From: Antechinus flavipes
Taxonomy: Eukaryota
Direction of reading: 5' to 3'
DNA length: 64,000 nucleotides
NCBI RefSeq assembly: GCF_016432865.1
Contig: NC_067400.1
Coordinates: 209,870,001-209,934,000 of the forward strand
Shown here: in pieces, positions 12,880-25,609 of the stretch
Layout of the letters: each line of letters begins with the position of its first letter
How positions within the stretch are numbered: the first letter of the stretch is position 1
Notes under the pieces: model-generated
Told to the model about the DNA's origin: nothing
What the model saw: only the letters and a program-made list of their open reading frames with translations
Databases searched by the model: none
Translations under genes and position numbers: made by a program

Positions 12880-13050
12880 TTTTTTTTTTTTTAATGGGAT
12901 GTATTTTTTTATTATAGCATTTTATTGACAAAACATATGCATAGATAATTTTTCAACATTGTTCATTGTAAAAACTTCCATTCCAACTTTTCCCCCCCTT
13001 CCCTTCGACCCCCTCCCTTAGATGGCAGGTAGTCCTGTACATGTTAAATA
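12880..13050 (-). mobile_element. L1 3' terminal fragment
   Basis: T-tail then GACAAAACATATGCATAGATAATTTTTCAACATT...CCCTTAGATGGCAGG. Confidence 0.7.
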
Positions 13051-13464
13051 CAATATTAAATTCCATTGCTAATATTTTATTAACTATATTTTCTTTTTGT
13101 TGATACTAGATTTTTATTTAATGATTGATTAATTTGGTGGTTTTAAATTTTTGTAATTTTTCAAGGAACAATAAAATTTTACCTGTTCAATCTTTTGATG
13201 AATGGATGTTTAAGTTCACTGTGCTATAACTATTAAGTTTTTAATATCCAATACTTAATGAAATCTAGGCTCAGATAAAACCAGAGTAGTTATTGTGACT
13301 AAAGCCCAATCAACTATCTTTAATTGTATGAACTTTTAAAATCAATGGTTTGTAAGCTATTTTATGGTATATTGTTCAAATTAAAATACTTTAAAAATAC
13401 ATATTTAAAATATTAAAATAGTGTTTTTATAACTTGATCCTTCAACTGCCTGTAATTTTTTCAA

Positions 13465-14213
13465 TTTTTTAATATTTTTATAATAATTTTTGTTTTCAAA
13501 ATATATGCAAAGATAGTTTTCAATATTCACTCCTGTAAAACCTTGTGTTCCAAATTTTTCTCCCTTCCTTCTCGCCTCTCTCCTAGACAGCAAGTAATCC
13601 AATGTATACTAAATATGGACAGTTCTTCTGTACATTTTTCCACATTTTTCATGCTGCCCAAGAAAAATCAGATCAAAAAGGAAAAAAAAAAAATGAGAAA
13701 GAAAAAAGCACAATTAACAAAAAAGTTGAAAATACTATGTTGCAATCCACATTCAGTCTTCACAGTCCTCATTTTGCATGCAGATGGCTCTTTCCATCAC
13801 AAGTCTACTGGAATTGGCCTTAATTATCTCATTGTTGAAAAGAGCCACATCCATTATAATTGGCCATTGCAATATTTAAAGTCTTATTGTTGCTGGGAAC
13901 AATGTTCTCTTGGTTCTATCCACTTCTCTTAGCATCAGTTCATATAAGTCTCTCTAGGCCTTTCTGAAATCATCCTGCTGATTATTTTTTTATAGAACAA
14001 TAATATTCCATAACATTCATATACCATAACTTATTCAGCCATTCCCCAACTCTTGGGCACTTTCCAGTTCCTTGCCATTAACAAAAATGGGCTGCTACAA
14101 ACTTTTTTGCACATGTGGATTCTTTTCTCTTTTTTATGATTCTTTGGAATGCAGATCAGTAGAGACATTGCTGGATCAAAGGGTATACAAGGTTTGATAG
14201 CCCTTTGGGCATG
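13465..14213 (-). mobile_element. L1 3' UTR plus ORF2 end
   Basis: Continuous antisense L1 ending in GGATCAAAGGGTATACAAGGTTTGATAGCCCTTTGGGCAT (ORF2 C-terminus). Confidence 0.85.
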
Positions 14214-14659
14214 TTGACTATGTTTTCATGGATAATTTATTGTACTTCAGTTTCCTCTTGTAATGGAAATAATACCCTCCTTGTACTAGCTATCTTACCA
14301 AGTTGTTGTGAGGAAAATACCATGGGAATGTTAAAAAGCACTACAAAGGTAAGGGGCAGTTAGGTGGCACAGTGAATTGAATGCTGGATCTGGAGTAAGG
14401 AAGACCTGAATTCAAATTTAACCTCAGACACTTAGTAGTCATGGAACTCTGGATATTAAATACAACTGGAGTTGGATATGACTGAACAACAATCAATACA
14501 TGTGATAGGTTTTGTTTGTTTTGTTTTTATTTGATGTCAATGGATTTGTTACAGTACAACTGCTGCCACTGAATAGAAAGAGTGCTGAATTTGGAGTCAA
14601 GGACTCAAGTTTTAATCCTGACTGTTATAATTATTTCTTTGCTAAATTAAAGAGTGAAG

Positions 14660-14900
14660 AAAATCAGAGGTTCAAGTGCTACCTCAGATAGATACTAGCT
14701 ACATCATCATAGAAAGTTATTTAACATCTCAGTTACCCTAGAAAGCTTTCTAAGATGATTCGTTGAAGAAAGTTATTTAACATCTCAGTTACCCTAGAAA
14801 GCTTTCTAAGATGATTCGTTGAAGAAAGTTGCCATCTCTATTAGTAAAGAGAGTGACCATGCAGAGAGTTCCCCATATCAATGAAATCACTGATTTGTAT
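14660..14900 (+). mobile_element. Marsupial CORE-SINE carrying a perfect 56-bp tandem duplication
   Basis: SINE body TTCAAGTGCTACCTCAGA...TACTAGCT and tail CCCCATATCAATGAAATCAC; units at 14711-14766 and 14767-14822 are identical. Confidence 0.65.
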
Positions 14901-14914
14901 CACATACACACATA

Positions 14915-15170
14915 CATTTGTTATCTTTCTACTTATTTTCAGTCAGGTCTGATTCTCTATGATCCTATTTGGAGTTTTCTTGGCAAAAATACTGGTTTGC
15001 CATTTCTTTTTCCAGCTTATCTTACAGATGAGGAAACTGAGGCAAATAAGATTAAGTGACTTGGCTAGCATCACACAGCTAATAAGTATCTTAGGCTTGA
15101 TTTAAACTCATGAAGATGAGTTTTCCTGATTTTAAGTCCATTATTTTGTCCACTGTGCTACCTATCTGCC
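14915..15170 (-). mobile_element. Mar1-like SINE
   Basis: TTTTCTTGGCAAAAATACTGG...ACAGATGAGGAAACTGAGGC...TCCACTGTGCTACCTATCTGCC. Confidence 0.8.
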
Positions 15171-15659
15171 TAAATTCATACATACATACATATACACACA
15201 CATATAAAAATAGAAGTTTTGTGATATCTGAATGATGATGGGTGTAAAGTACTTTGGAAATCTTAAAGCATTATGTAAATGCCTTTTGTAATAATAATTA
15301 TAACTATAATTATTAATATTACTAGCCTATAGTTACCAAGGCTCCAATTTAATGATGATTTCTTTCCTTGAACTTTTTACTATATGCCTGATAAGCTTAA
15401 GCAATGTTTTTTTCAAGCAATACAAGGAAGTGCTGATAAATATTTAATAATGGAGTTCTCAAAAAAAAATATGTGTACTTTTAAATTTAATAAGCATTAT
15501 TAATACCTTCTTCAGTTTAGACAACTAACAAAGCAAAAAATCAAGCCCTGATTTGAAGCAATTGCTGGTTTCTGAGATATAAAATGCTTATGCTGAAACT
15601 TTAACAATATGTTTTACAAAACAGAGCTGGCTCTAGCACACCCCACTATTAGAAATACA

Positions 15660-15675
15660 TGTGTGTATACACATG

Positions 15676-15715
<40 letters not shown>

Positions 15716-15820
15716 TCATGAGTAAATATATATACATGTTTATATTTATGGATATGTATACATATGCATACATATGTATATACATGTATCAATGTATATA
15801 CATTGACACATGTGTGTATA
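15660..15820. repeat. (CA)n plus degenerate (TA/TG)n microsatellite
   Basis: Direct reading. Confidence 0.95.
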
Positions 15821-16749
15821 TCCCATTAACTAGTTGTCTAACATTGAATCCCTGAACCTTTTTGGGTTTTAATTTCCTTATGGGGCTAGATTAAATGATT
15901 CCTTTGGTCTCTTCCACTTATGGAACATAGCTCTAACATTTTATGATTCTCACTACTAGTGGAGGATGTGACAATACAATGGAATCAACTAGGTAATCAA
16001 TAGCTGAATAATTGATGCTCCTGTAAATAAAAGGCACTTTAGAGAGATTTTCAATATAAAACTGTTTCCAGCTCAAATAAAGTGAAGTTGGATAACCTAA
16101 GCTTCAGAGTAGCCTTTTTTTATTTTCTTATTTTTTTAAAAAGCATGAATGATCCAATTTTTGTCATATGCCTGTGCCAAACAGATAATTGCTTTGCTCT
16201 GTTTTATTTGTTTAGACCTGCTTTGGGAAGGCTCACAGCTTTCTCCAGAATGCTTGTTGGAAATGCCCCAAGTAGGAAAGTAATCCAAATCACACTGATT
16301 TTCCATTGATGAGAAGTTAAGTCTCTTAGACAAAAGATACCATTTTGAACATCAAAAAGAAATTTAGTTGGACCAATGTCATAAACAACTAAAGCCAAAT
16401 GCATTGTGGTAAAAGCATCACAAACTGTGTAGCATTATTTTTATAAAACAGAAGAAACTATCACTCCTGAGTAAAAACCAAAAACTTTTCATGACATCTG
16501 AAAATTTGGTGCATATTGACTAGAGTCATAGAAACTAAATTCACTTCTATTTAGTCCCTGACTCCTAGGACCATCTTTGACCTAGAAGTATAGAGAACTT
16601 AGAATAAACAAAAATGTTTAAAAGATAGACCCACAAATGATCAAAGGGCTGGAAAATAAGACCCAAAAAAGATGATTTTAAAAGATAGCATTTATATAGA
16701 GATTTAAGGTTTACAAAGCACTTTAAAATTATTATCTTGGAAAATGCCA

Positions 16750-17130
16750 TTTATATCCAGAGAGAACTATGGAGACTAAATTTGGATTGAAGCATAGTGT
16801 TTTCATCTTTTTTTGTTAGTTTGCTAGCTTTTCCTTTCTTGTCATTTCCCCCCTTTTGGTCTGATTTTTCTTGCACAACATGATAAATATGGAAATATGT
16901 TTAAAAGAATTATACATGTATAACCTATATCAGATTGCTTACTTTTATAAGAAGGGGGGAGGTAAGAGAGGGAGAAAAGAACAATTTGGAAAACAAAATC
17001 TTACAAAAATAAATGTTGAAAACTGTGTATATTTGATAAAATAAAATACTATTGAGAAAAAAATTAAAATAAATGTTGAAAACTATCTTTATGTATATTT
17101 GGGAAAATCAAATATTATTGAGAAAAAATT
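16750..17130 (+). mobile_element. L1 3' UTR with duplicated terminal ~60 bp
   Basis: CCAGAGAGAACTATGGAGACT...AATGTTGAAAACT; the tail unit occurs twice (17006-17065, 17066-17130). Confidence 0.8.
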
Positions 17131-17134
17131 ATTA

Positions 17135-17320
17135 TCTCATTTAGTCCTCATAAAAACCCTGGGAGGCAGGTGATATTATTTCCATTTTATAGATGAGGAA
17201 AGCAAGGCAGAAAGAATGTAAGTGATTTGTTCAAGGTCACAGACTGTAAGCATCTATGGGTGGAATGGAATCGTTCTTTCTGACTTTCTGCATAGTGCTC
17301 TTTCATCCATGTCACTCGGA
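17135..17320 (-). mobile_element. MIR
   Basis: CCCTGGGAGGCAGGTGATATTATTTCCATTTTATAGATGAGGAAAGC...AAGGTCACA. Confidence 0.75.
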
Positions 17321-17834
17321 TGAAATAATATTATTAGATCAAATGAGAGAAGTGACCAAATAGCTTGAAGCTTCTAAAAACAAATTACTTTTAAGGTACA
17401 TTTAGGTAACTTTTTTCCTATTTCCACTGAGAACCAGATTAGAAATGAATATAGAATAGACAACAATTTAATGAAAAAGTTGATGTTTGTTGTTGGAAAT
17501 TTTTTTTTTAAGTTTACAGCTTGAATTCTCAAGAGACTTTTACCCTTCCCTCATAATTTGATCATTCAGATCAGGTATACCACCACCAGATACCTGGTCT
17601 CAAACTGCCAGACTTACATCACAACCACAATTAACTGAGAGATTTGAATTTTAAAAAAGATTTCTTTTTAGTATGAATTTAGCAATCATGGATAAACACA
17701 AACATTTAAGTATACAAAGACTGAAAAAACTTGAATGTAAATATAAAACATGAATTTCTCTTATATAGGATTTGATTTTTAATTCTTTAATTATCTTTTT
17801 TGTTTTATTGTATACATTTAAATATGTTTTGATA

Positions 17835-18120
17835 CTCCTTTTCTCCTTCCCTCTTATCCTTTCTTCTCTTTTCTTTCTTCACTCTTTTCTTCCCTTTCCC
17901 CTTTTCTACCTTATTTTCTTCCATCTTCTCTTCTTACCTTCCTTACCTTCTTTCCCTTTTCCTTCCTTCTTTTCCTCCTTTCCTATTCCCCTCCCTCCCT
18001 TCATTATTTCTTCTTCCCTTTCTCTTTCTCTTTTATTTCTGTATCTCTTTTCCTGTCTTTATGTTCACTTCTCTATGTCTATCTCTCTCTTTGTCTCTAT
18101 TTCTGCCTTTCTTCCCTACT
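17835..18120. repeat. Polypyrimidine low-complexity tract (C/T-rich)
   Basis: Direct reading; explains the spurious L/S/F/P-rich ORF 17772-18263. Confidence 0.9.
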
Positions 18121-18941
18121 CATTAACTCCAATAATCTCATTCACCTCCAGTCAAATAAAAGCCCTTGCAACAATAGGTCAAGCAACACACACAATAGCT
18201 CATCTTGGCCAAGTCAAAAAATGCATCTCATTCTTTACCTTTGGTCCATCACCTTCCAGCTAAGATAAAGTAGAATGATTTTCCATTCATTCTATTTATT
18301 ATCTAAAAAAGAAATAATCTATCAAAATGTAACACTTCTTCCAGATTCACTGTCCCATCTCCCTCTTGTACCAGTAGATTGGGTTTCTAGAATCAATGAC
18401 TACTCCTCTTAGGACTTTAAGAATAAGCCATGGGCTTCTAGTATTGTCAGCTATGAACTTCCTTCTGGTATGTACTGCAACATCAATTAACCAGTAGATC
18501 TCTGTTAATTTCTAGAAAAGGGTATTTACTGGGAAAATATAAAAAGAAATAGTTACAAAGTATTTCTTCTTTCCTTCCCTTAGGGTCCATTCAGGACCCT
18601 ACTGAGATGGGACTCAAACTTTAAATGCTATATACATGAAGAAAACGAATACAGTCAAGATGTATTTCCTGATTCCTGGCCACACAAGTTCTTTTCCCCA
18701 TGAAGTTTTTCCTAAGGTTTCCATTTAAAAAGAGGCCTTCACCTGGATTTTGAGGATAGATGCCTATCTAGAGTTTACACGCAGGATTTCTTTCTGTCAC
18801 AACGGTTAATAATTATTGAAGCTGCCATTATTCTCAGGAAAGAGGGAGTGCTATTTTTCTTCCTCTGTCTGCAGAGTTCTGTCTGCAGGAACTTGCTCTA
18901 TTATCACGAACTACAACTCTGCCAGATTCTAGTGTCTATTC

Positions 18942-19133
18942 CAGGGGTCCTCAAACTACTGCCCGCAGGCCAGATGTGGCAGCTAAGGACGATTATCCCC
19001 CTCACCCAGGGCAATGAAGTTTCTTTATTTAAAGGCCCACAAAACAAAGTTTTTGTTTTTACTATAGTCTAGCCCTTCAACAGTCTGAGGGACAATGAAC
19101 TGGCCCCCTATTTAAAAAGTTTGAGGACCCCTG
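18942..19133 (+). mobile_element. OC1 (OposCharlie1)-type non-autonomous hAT transposon, 192 bp
   Basis: Perfect 16-bp TIRs CAGGGGTCCTCAAACT / AGTTTGAGGACCCCTG; subterminal GCCCGCAGGCCAGATG; TSD GTCTATTC (18934-18941) versus ATCTATTC (19138-19145, displaced by 4 nt). Confidence 0.85.
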
Positions 19134-19483
19134 CTGGATCTATTCTGATTGCCAGTGGAACCTCTAATGTTTTTGATAGATGTTCTTGTCTTACCAAAAT
19201 GGCTGATCTAAGTAAGGACTAGGTTGTCATTGGCTAATTATTCTAAAAAAATTTAATTTTTAATTTAAGACATCTTAATTTAATTATTATTATCAAGTGC
19301 TAGGTTAAGTGATAATACATTTAGGGAGAGCTCGCTCCAAAGAAATGCAGGACTACAGTAATACTCTGCTCTCCAGGTGTTTATGCTTAAATAAAGTTTA
19401 AATTAATGCCAAGTGTTGTGTTTTTCTAAGAGAAAAAAATGTTTACAAAAAGGTAAAATTAAAAATTTACTTGGTCAAGGTGA

Positions 19484-19493
<10 letters not shown>

Positions 19494-19538
<45 letters not shown>
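19494..19538. repeat. (TG)n microsatellite
   Basis: Direct reading. Confidence 0.98.
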
Positions 19539-19540
<2 letters not shown>

Positions 19541-21082
19541 GATTGACTATTCTATTGCCAGGGAGGACTTTTATTTGATTGGAGATTTCAGAATGCCAGT
19601 CTCATTTATTTTATCTGAGTTGAATGAGCAGGGTCAACATGCCTCTATGAGTCTGCAATTTCAGCCAGTTCCCAGTAGAGTGCACTTGTGTTTACCTTAT
19701 AGCACTAGGCCCTTGGCTTACAACAAGAAATTCCATCAAATGAACAAATAGACCTTCAATGACCTTCGAGAACAACCATTAACATCCAATAAATCAGAGG
19801 GATTGGTGACCTCAAAGGGATCTTAAGGATTACTGGTCAACTTCCTTCATTCTTTAGCTAAGAAAACTCAAACTAAAGAAATTAAATAACATATCCAAGG
19901 TCAGAAGACTAATGAATGGCAAAGCCAGGATTAAAACCTAGAACGTTTCACGTTTCTGCCTGTGCTGTGACTGCAATATTTTGCAATTCTGTCTAATTGA
20001 TGTAGCCTTTTGATTTAAAAAAATTTTTAAACTTAATTCACCTTCTCATTTCACAACCTGCTATTATATTCTGACCAGTTTCCGATTCTCATTAACTAAA
20101 CTGACAAAATGTTCTTGAATCTATCTCCAATCTGTGTCACACTATGAGGCAATGAACTGTGGAAAATAGCTAGAAAATACTACAGGAGGCAAATGAAGGA
20201 CATGCAATGAGCACTTTCTAGTCTTTGCTTCTGGTTAAGGAATGCTGAATACTGCTACCTTTTGGATTCAATGGGATTTGTTCATTGTAAGCTTCAACCT
20301 TGCATAGCTACTCAAAAATGTTAAGTTATTCATGTTTATTCTTTTAGAGCAATGGTTTTTCTGGCATTGGTTGGACACCTGTATTCTATACTTGAATGCT
20401 TACTGACCACAGGTGATTGAATTTCCCTTAAATGCATATTGAATCACACACTAAATAAAGAAGGAGTTGGTCAGAAGGCAAACAATTATAATCTCACTCA
20501 GAATGATTTTGATCCTTACTTCTGGACTGACCCTACAATGAACACACCTGTATTTCTACTGAAGTTACAAAACAAATCCTCAAACACTTTTCATTAGTAA
20601 AAATACTTGAAATATAGAAGTTTCATAGTGTAACAATTCCATTGCCACAAATTAGAGAAAAGAGAAATTATGTATGGAAACCAAACAGAACTTGGCTTTT
20701 ACAATTATAATAATCAACCTGATATTTAACACAAAACTATTCAGTGTAGGTGAATCATAGAAAAGAATTAAAATAAAAAAAAAACAAATTAATTAATCTT
20801 TAATTAATCCCTTTAATCAGAGGTTTTAGATAACTGGATGAAAACAAGTACTACCAAACAGGAAATAGCTTGTAATTACATGAAGGAAGTAGAAACACTT
20901 TTAGGCGATTATATATTACATTGTGTCATATTATAATATATTTTATTTAATTACATTTATTATACAAGTAATATAATAAGCCAAGTTGGTTCTGAATTTA
21001 ATTTTCAGCAATTAGCCAGCCTTAGTGGTAGAGAAACTCCAGCTAAGCCTTTGAGAAAGGAGAGAACTCCAACACCCCAGAC

Positions 21083-21284
21083 CAATGGTTCTCAAATTTT
21101 TGTTTTTAGTATCTTTATCCTATTAAAAATTATTGAGGATCTCTCCAAAGCATTTTTGTTTATCTGGGTTATGGTTATAGACATTTACCATATTGGAAAT
21201 AAAAACTAATTTTGAATTTGTAGACCCTCTAAAAGGGTTTCAGAGATCCCCAGGATTCTCTAGACCATACTTTGAGAACCACTG
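21083..21284 (+). mobile_element. Charlie1/MER33-type hAT MITE, copy 1 (202 bp)
   Basis: TIRs CAATGGTTCTCAAA / TTTGAGAACCACTG; 8-bp TSD CCCCAGAC / CTCCAGAC; closely similar to 54647-54846. Confidence 0.9.
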
Positions 21285-21639
21285 CTCCAGACCATATAAG
21301 TTTGTTAAATTCATAAGCACATCAGAGCCTGTTTGTAATCTTTGACTAGATTACAAAAAATAGGTCAGAGTAGGGTTGTTTTATTTGTATGAATTATCTT
21401 CTTAATTTTTTCTTTCTTCAAACTTTGTACTAATTCTGATCTTTTCTCTTATAGGTCAATGGTCTGATTGTTATACAGAGAAATAATTAAAATGACTTTT
21501 GTATTAATAATAATCAATAGAGTCATTTTGTGATTTAAAATATAATGAATTTTATTTTTTGTGATGTAATTCAGGACTTGCTATGTCCAGGAACTTCTGA
21601 ATATTTTCTTATAAAATGTCATTATTGGTATCTCAATTA

Positions 21640-21910
21640 TCTTACTTTCCAAATGCCTCCTCCTCTATCAATCCTAGTGAGTCTTTCCCTATAACAAAAA
21701 ATAAAAATATAGTGGAGGGAAAAACAGTTCAATAAAACCAACATATCAATCAAGTCTAACAATCTAAATTGTATTCTATATATCTAGTTCCCTATTTTCA
21801 CAATAAAGGGAGTAGGGTACATTTTCTCACCTCTTCTCTAGAGGCAAGTTTGGGCATTATAATTACTGTGTTCAATATGGTTATGTTCATGTAATATTCA
21901 TCATGTATAG
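21640..21910 (-). mobile_element. Old L1 3' UTR fragment
   Basis: TAAAACCAACATATCAATCAAGTCT...CTCTTCTCTAGAGGCAAGTTTGG resembles an old marsupial L1 3' UTR. Confidence 0.5.
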
Positions 21911-22305
21911 ATGAGAGACTTTTGGTTAATTTATAGGATTTTATAGGACTCTAGAGGCCATTCTCTTACCATGTTTCCACCACATTTTTCATCATCTTTG
22001 CCTATTTCTCTTTTAACATTCACATCACCAACATTGGAGAATATTTTGATTTAATTTGGGTGGGTTTGTAGATTTTTCTACTTTATGCTTTAAAATATTT
22101 TAAAAGATATGTATCATGAATATTGGGTTATGAGATGACCAAATTTCTAATGAAGAGGTGTTTCTTGCTGCTTTTAGACTCAATGGTAAGCCAAATCCTT
22201 TATTTACTCTTTTTTAAAAAATTTACTCATTTAACTACAGTTTCTTATTGTCTTTATTTAAATAATGGCAAACATCCTAAGATTAATAAGATTTTTTTCA
22301 GTAGC

Positions 22306-22308
<3 letters not shown>

Positions 22309-22396
<88 letters not shown>
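22309..22396. repeat. Long perfect (TA)n microsatellite, about 44 units
   Basis: Direct reading. Confidence 0.98.
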
Positions 22397-22402
<6 letters not shown>

Positions 22403-23289
22403 TCAATAGGACCTTCTGATGTGCTTATATATTTAACAAACTTAAATGATCTCTAGGAGTGCTGGGGTACTCTCCTTCTTCTGCAAACACTTGGCTAGAG
22501 CTCCTCCACAACTAAACCTCACCTGCTAATGAAATTCCAACTGAGAAGTAGCTTGGGACATTGTGCAAATAAGTTAACACTCTGTCCCCTTTTCTAATGC
22601 TTTGCTACCATCACTACAGAAAGGGAAAAGGAAAGACAATTCACAAAATTATTTCTTGGGTTGTCAAAGCCAAAGAATTCATCATCAGTTGGCCAATATA
22701 CTGATGTGACTCTCATATTTAGATATGGAGAAGAAAACATAGTCTTTTGCCAGAATCAAGCATAAAGACTTTCCAGAATGGTAGAACTGCCCAGAACTTG
22801 TGGACCACTGACATAACCTTCTATAACCATGGGATCATTTTTATTCCATAAAGATCAATTGCAGTAGATCTTTCTTTGACTAGATTACAAAAAATAACAG
22901 CATGCAAAGGACTGGATATTGGAAAAGAGCTTTCAAAATTGCAAAAAAAACAAACCAAACCAAAACAAAACAAAACATCCTGAGCATTTGGTTCAAGAAT
23001 GCAATTTGGGACTTGGCTAAACTTATTCTTCCCACAATGAAGTAGAAATGCCTTTCTTTCACTAAAGCTGCTGACTTTTTCTTTCTTGCTTTAGATTTCA
23101 TCATCCTCTGAAGTATGTGAGAATGGATGGTTTATATAGAGATATTTATGCCAAATCATATTCAAATTAAATCAGGACATAAACATGAAAGAACACAAAA
23201 GAACTTTTTCTAAATCCTGGAAAACCTTTAGCTTTCAAAAGAAACAGAAAGTGATTTAAAAAAAAAGTAAAGAATCAGAAGAAGTCAAA

Positions 23290-23826
23290 ACTATTGAAAG
23301 TAGTAGCTCAAAAATTGAGAATGTTGTGATTCTCCTCCCGTTCTGATCAGCAGCAGGTGAAGAGGAATGAAGAAGACAGGTGGTGAGAGTATTCCAACAT
23401 TGAGGTTTGGCAAGGAGTTATTGGCAATAGGACAAGGAACAAGGAATTTGAATGTAGAGGATAGTGTAGAGTGTATTTGATTCATTAAATGTTTGAAATA
23501 GTGGAGAAAGAGTGAAGGAGTAATGGTCTGAGAAAAAACTTAAAGATGGAGGAATTAGAAGTCATGGTAAAAATAAAGAATAGATGTAGGGATTGCAAGT
23601 CATAGGAAAAGATGAAATGATAAATGATTATGATCAAATAGGGATTTTATAATTCATGAACATATTGTAAAATATCTATGGGTGATGGCAGGATTAGGTG
23701 AATGACCACCTCCATGAGGCTGAGAATGATTGGAAGAGTAAGTCATAAGAAGTAATAGAATGTGGTGAATTGGGCTCATAGTATTTAAAAGAACAGTAAT
23801 ACATATTTTTAAATCTCTTGTATGAG
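23290..23826 (-). mobile_element. L2 endonuclease-region fragment
   Basis: Purine-rich antisense L2 5' ORF2 sequence, homologous in reverse to about 8700-9400. Confidence 0.6.
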
Positions 23827-24433
23827 GAATTGGAACTTGAGTGGCTGCTAATTGGAAATTGCTGAATAAGTTATGATATATGAATGTAATGGTAATATTC
23901 CATTATGTAAGAAATAATGAGTAGGCTGATTTCATAAAGGCCTGGAAAGACTTACATGAACTGATGTTGAGTGAAGTGAGCAGAACTAAGAGAACATTAT
24001 ACACAGTAACAAGATTTTGTGACATTCAACTCTGATGGAGGTGACTTTTTTCAAGAATGAGGTGATTCAAGACAATTCCAATTGATTTGTGATGGAAAGT
24101 ATCATCAACATCCTGAGAGAGAACTATGGAGACTGAATGTGGATTAAAGCATAGTATTTTCACCTTTGTTGTTGTTGGGTTGCTTTTTTTTTTTTACTTT
24201 ATGTTTTTTTTCCTTTTGATTTGATTTTTTGTGTGTAGCATAATAAATATGAAAACATGTTTAGAAGAACTGCACATGTTTAACCTACTTTGGATTGCTT
24301 GCTATCTTGGGGACAGGAGAGGAAGAAGGTGAGGGAGAGAAATTTAGAACACAAGGTTTTACAAAGATGAATGTTGAAAACTATCTTTGCATGTATTTGG
24401 AAAAATAAAATACTATTAAAAAAAGAAGAAAAG
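23827..24433 (+). mobile_element. 5'-truncated L1 (3' end) with 14-bp TSD
   Basis: GAAAGACTTACATGAACTGATG...A-rich tail; TSD ATCTCTTGTATGAG at 23813-23826 and 24434-24447. Confidence 0.88.
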
Positions 24434-24459
24434 ATCTCTTGTATGAGAGCAAGTTGAGG

Positions 24460-24715
24460 TAGGTAGGGGGCATAGGGATAGAGTATTATGCCTAGAGTCA
24501 GGAAGATTCATCTTCCTGAGTTCAAATCAGGTTTCATTTTTTTTTTTAACTGAGTATTCCTGGGCAAGTCACTTCATACTATTTTCCTCAGTTTCCTCAT
24601 GTGTAAATGAGCTGGAGAAAGAAATGGCAAACTACTTCAATATCTTTGCTAAGAAAACCCCAAATGGGTTATGAAGAGTCAAATATGATCCAAAACAACT
24701 GAACAACAACAAAAA
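24460..24715 (+). mobile_element. Mar1-like SINE
   Basis: GAGTCAGGAAGA...GAGTTCAAATC...CAGTTTCCTCATGTGTAAATGAGCTGGAGAAAGAAATGGCAAAC...(CAA)n tail. Confidence 0.85.
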
Positions 24716-25609
24716 CCCCTTGTTGTACCATCCTTTTTATCACAAGCCCACTAGATATCTCTTTGGCATAGGCATGGTATAGTCTCTCAAAAGCTTATAT
24801 AATTCCCAAAGGTCCCAAAGGAACTTAATAGGTAAACATTTAGATCATTCTCTCTAACATGATCTCCAAGTCTTCATATAATGCATTAGCTAGGGAATAC
24901 AATTCATTAGTGTGCAGAAACATAAAAAATAAGACATGTATGATGCTAGAGATCTTCCAATATATGGAATGTCCTATCTCTACAATATGGAATCTTCTAT
25001 CTCTATCTGAATGATGTACCGCAATAACAGAACACTAGACTCAATATGTTATGGCCAACACAAACTTTATTGAATGTAACAGAATTGAAAATTAAAATGG
25101 TAAATGTTTATGGAGACATCATCTCCCCAAACTCTTCTTGCTTACTCTCCAGGCCAAGATGAACTGATCAACAGAGTTTAGGAAAAATACAAGAAAGGAG
25201 GCTTTTGTATCTGGGACCTAAGAGAAAACTGGGGAGGAAGATTGGTCCCCCAATTCTTAGTTCACCGACCCACTAGGATTTATGATAATCTCAGGTACTT
25301 GCGATTTTTTTCCTCATGCTTTTAGTTTTAATCTTGGCTTCTGTTCTAGAATTTGCATTGGTTCTATAGTACTCATTTCAGTTCTTCCTCATATCATTCT
25401 TGTCAACAAGAAAGGAAGGAAATATTTATTAAGCTCCTACTATGTTTGTGTCATACTACATGAATTATAAATATTATCTCAATTGATCTTCACACATCTA
25501 GGTGCATAAGTATTAATACTATCTCCATTTTTACAGTTTACACAACTGATACAGGAAGTTCACCTGACTTGCCTAGTGTCACATATCTATTTTTCCTTGT
25601 TTTGTTTTA

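Noticed and set aside
14711-14830. CRISPR-like or minisatellite array
   Set aside because: Two adjacent units with no spacers, in a mammalian SINE; a simple tandem duplication.
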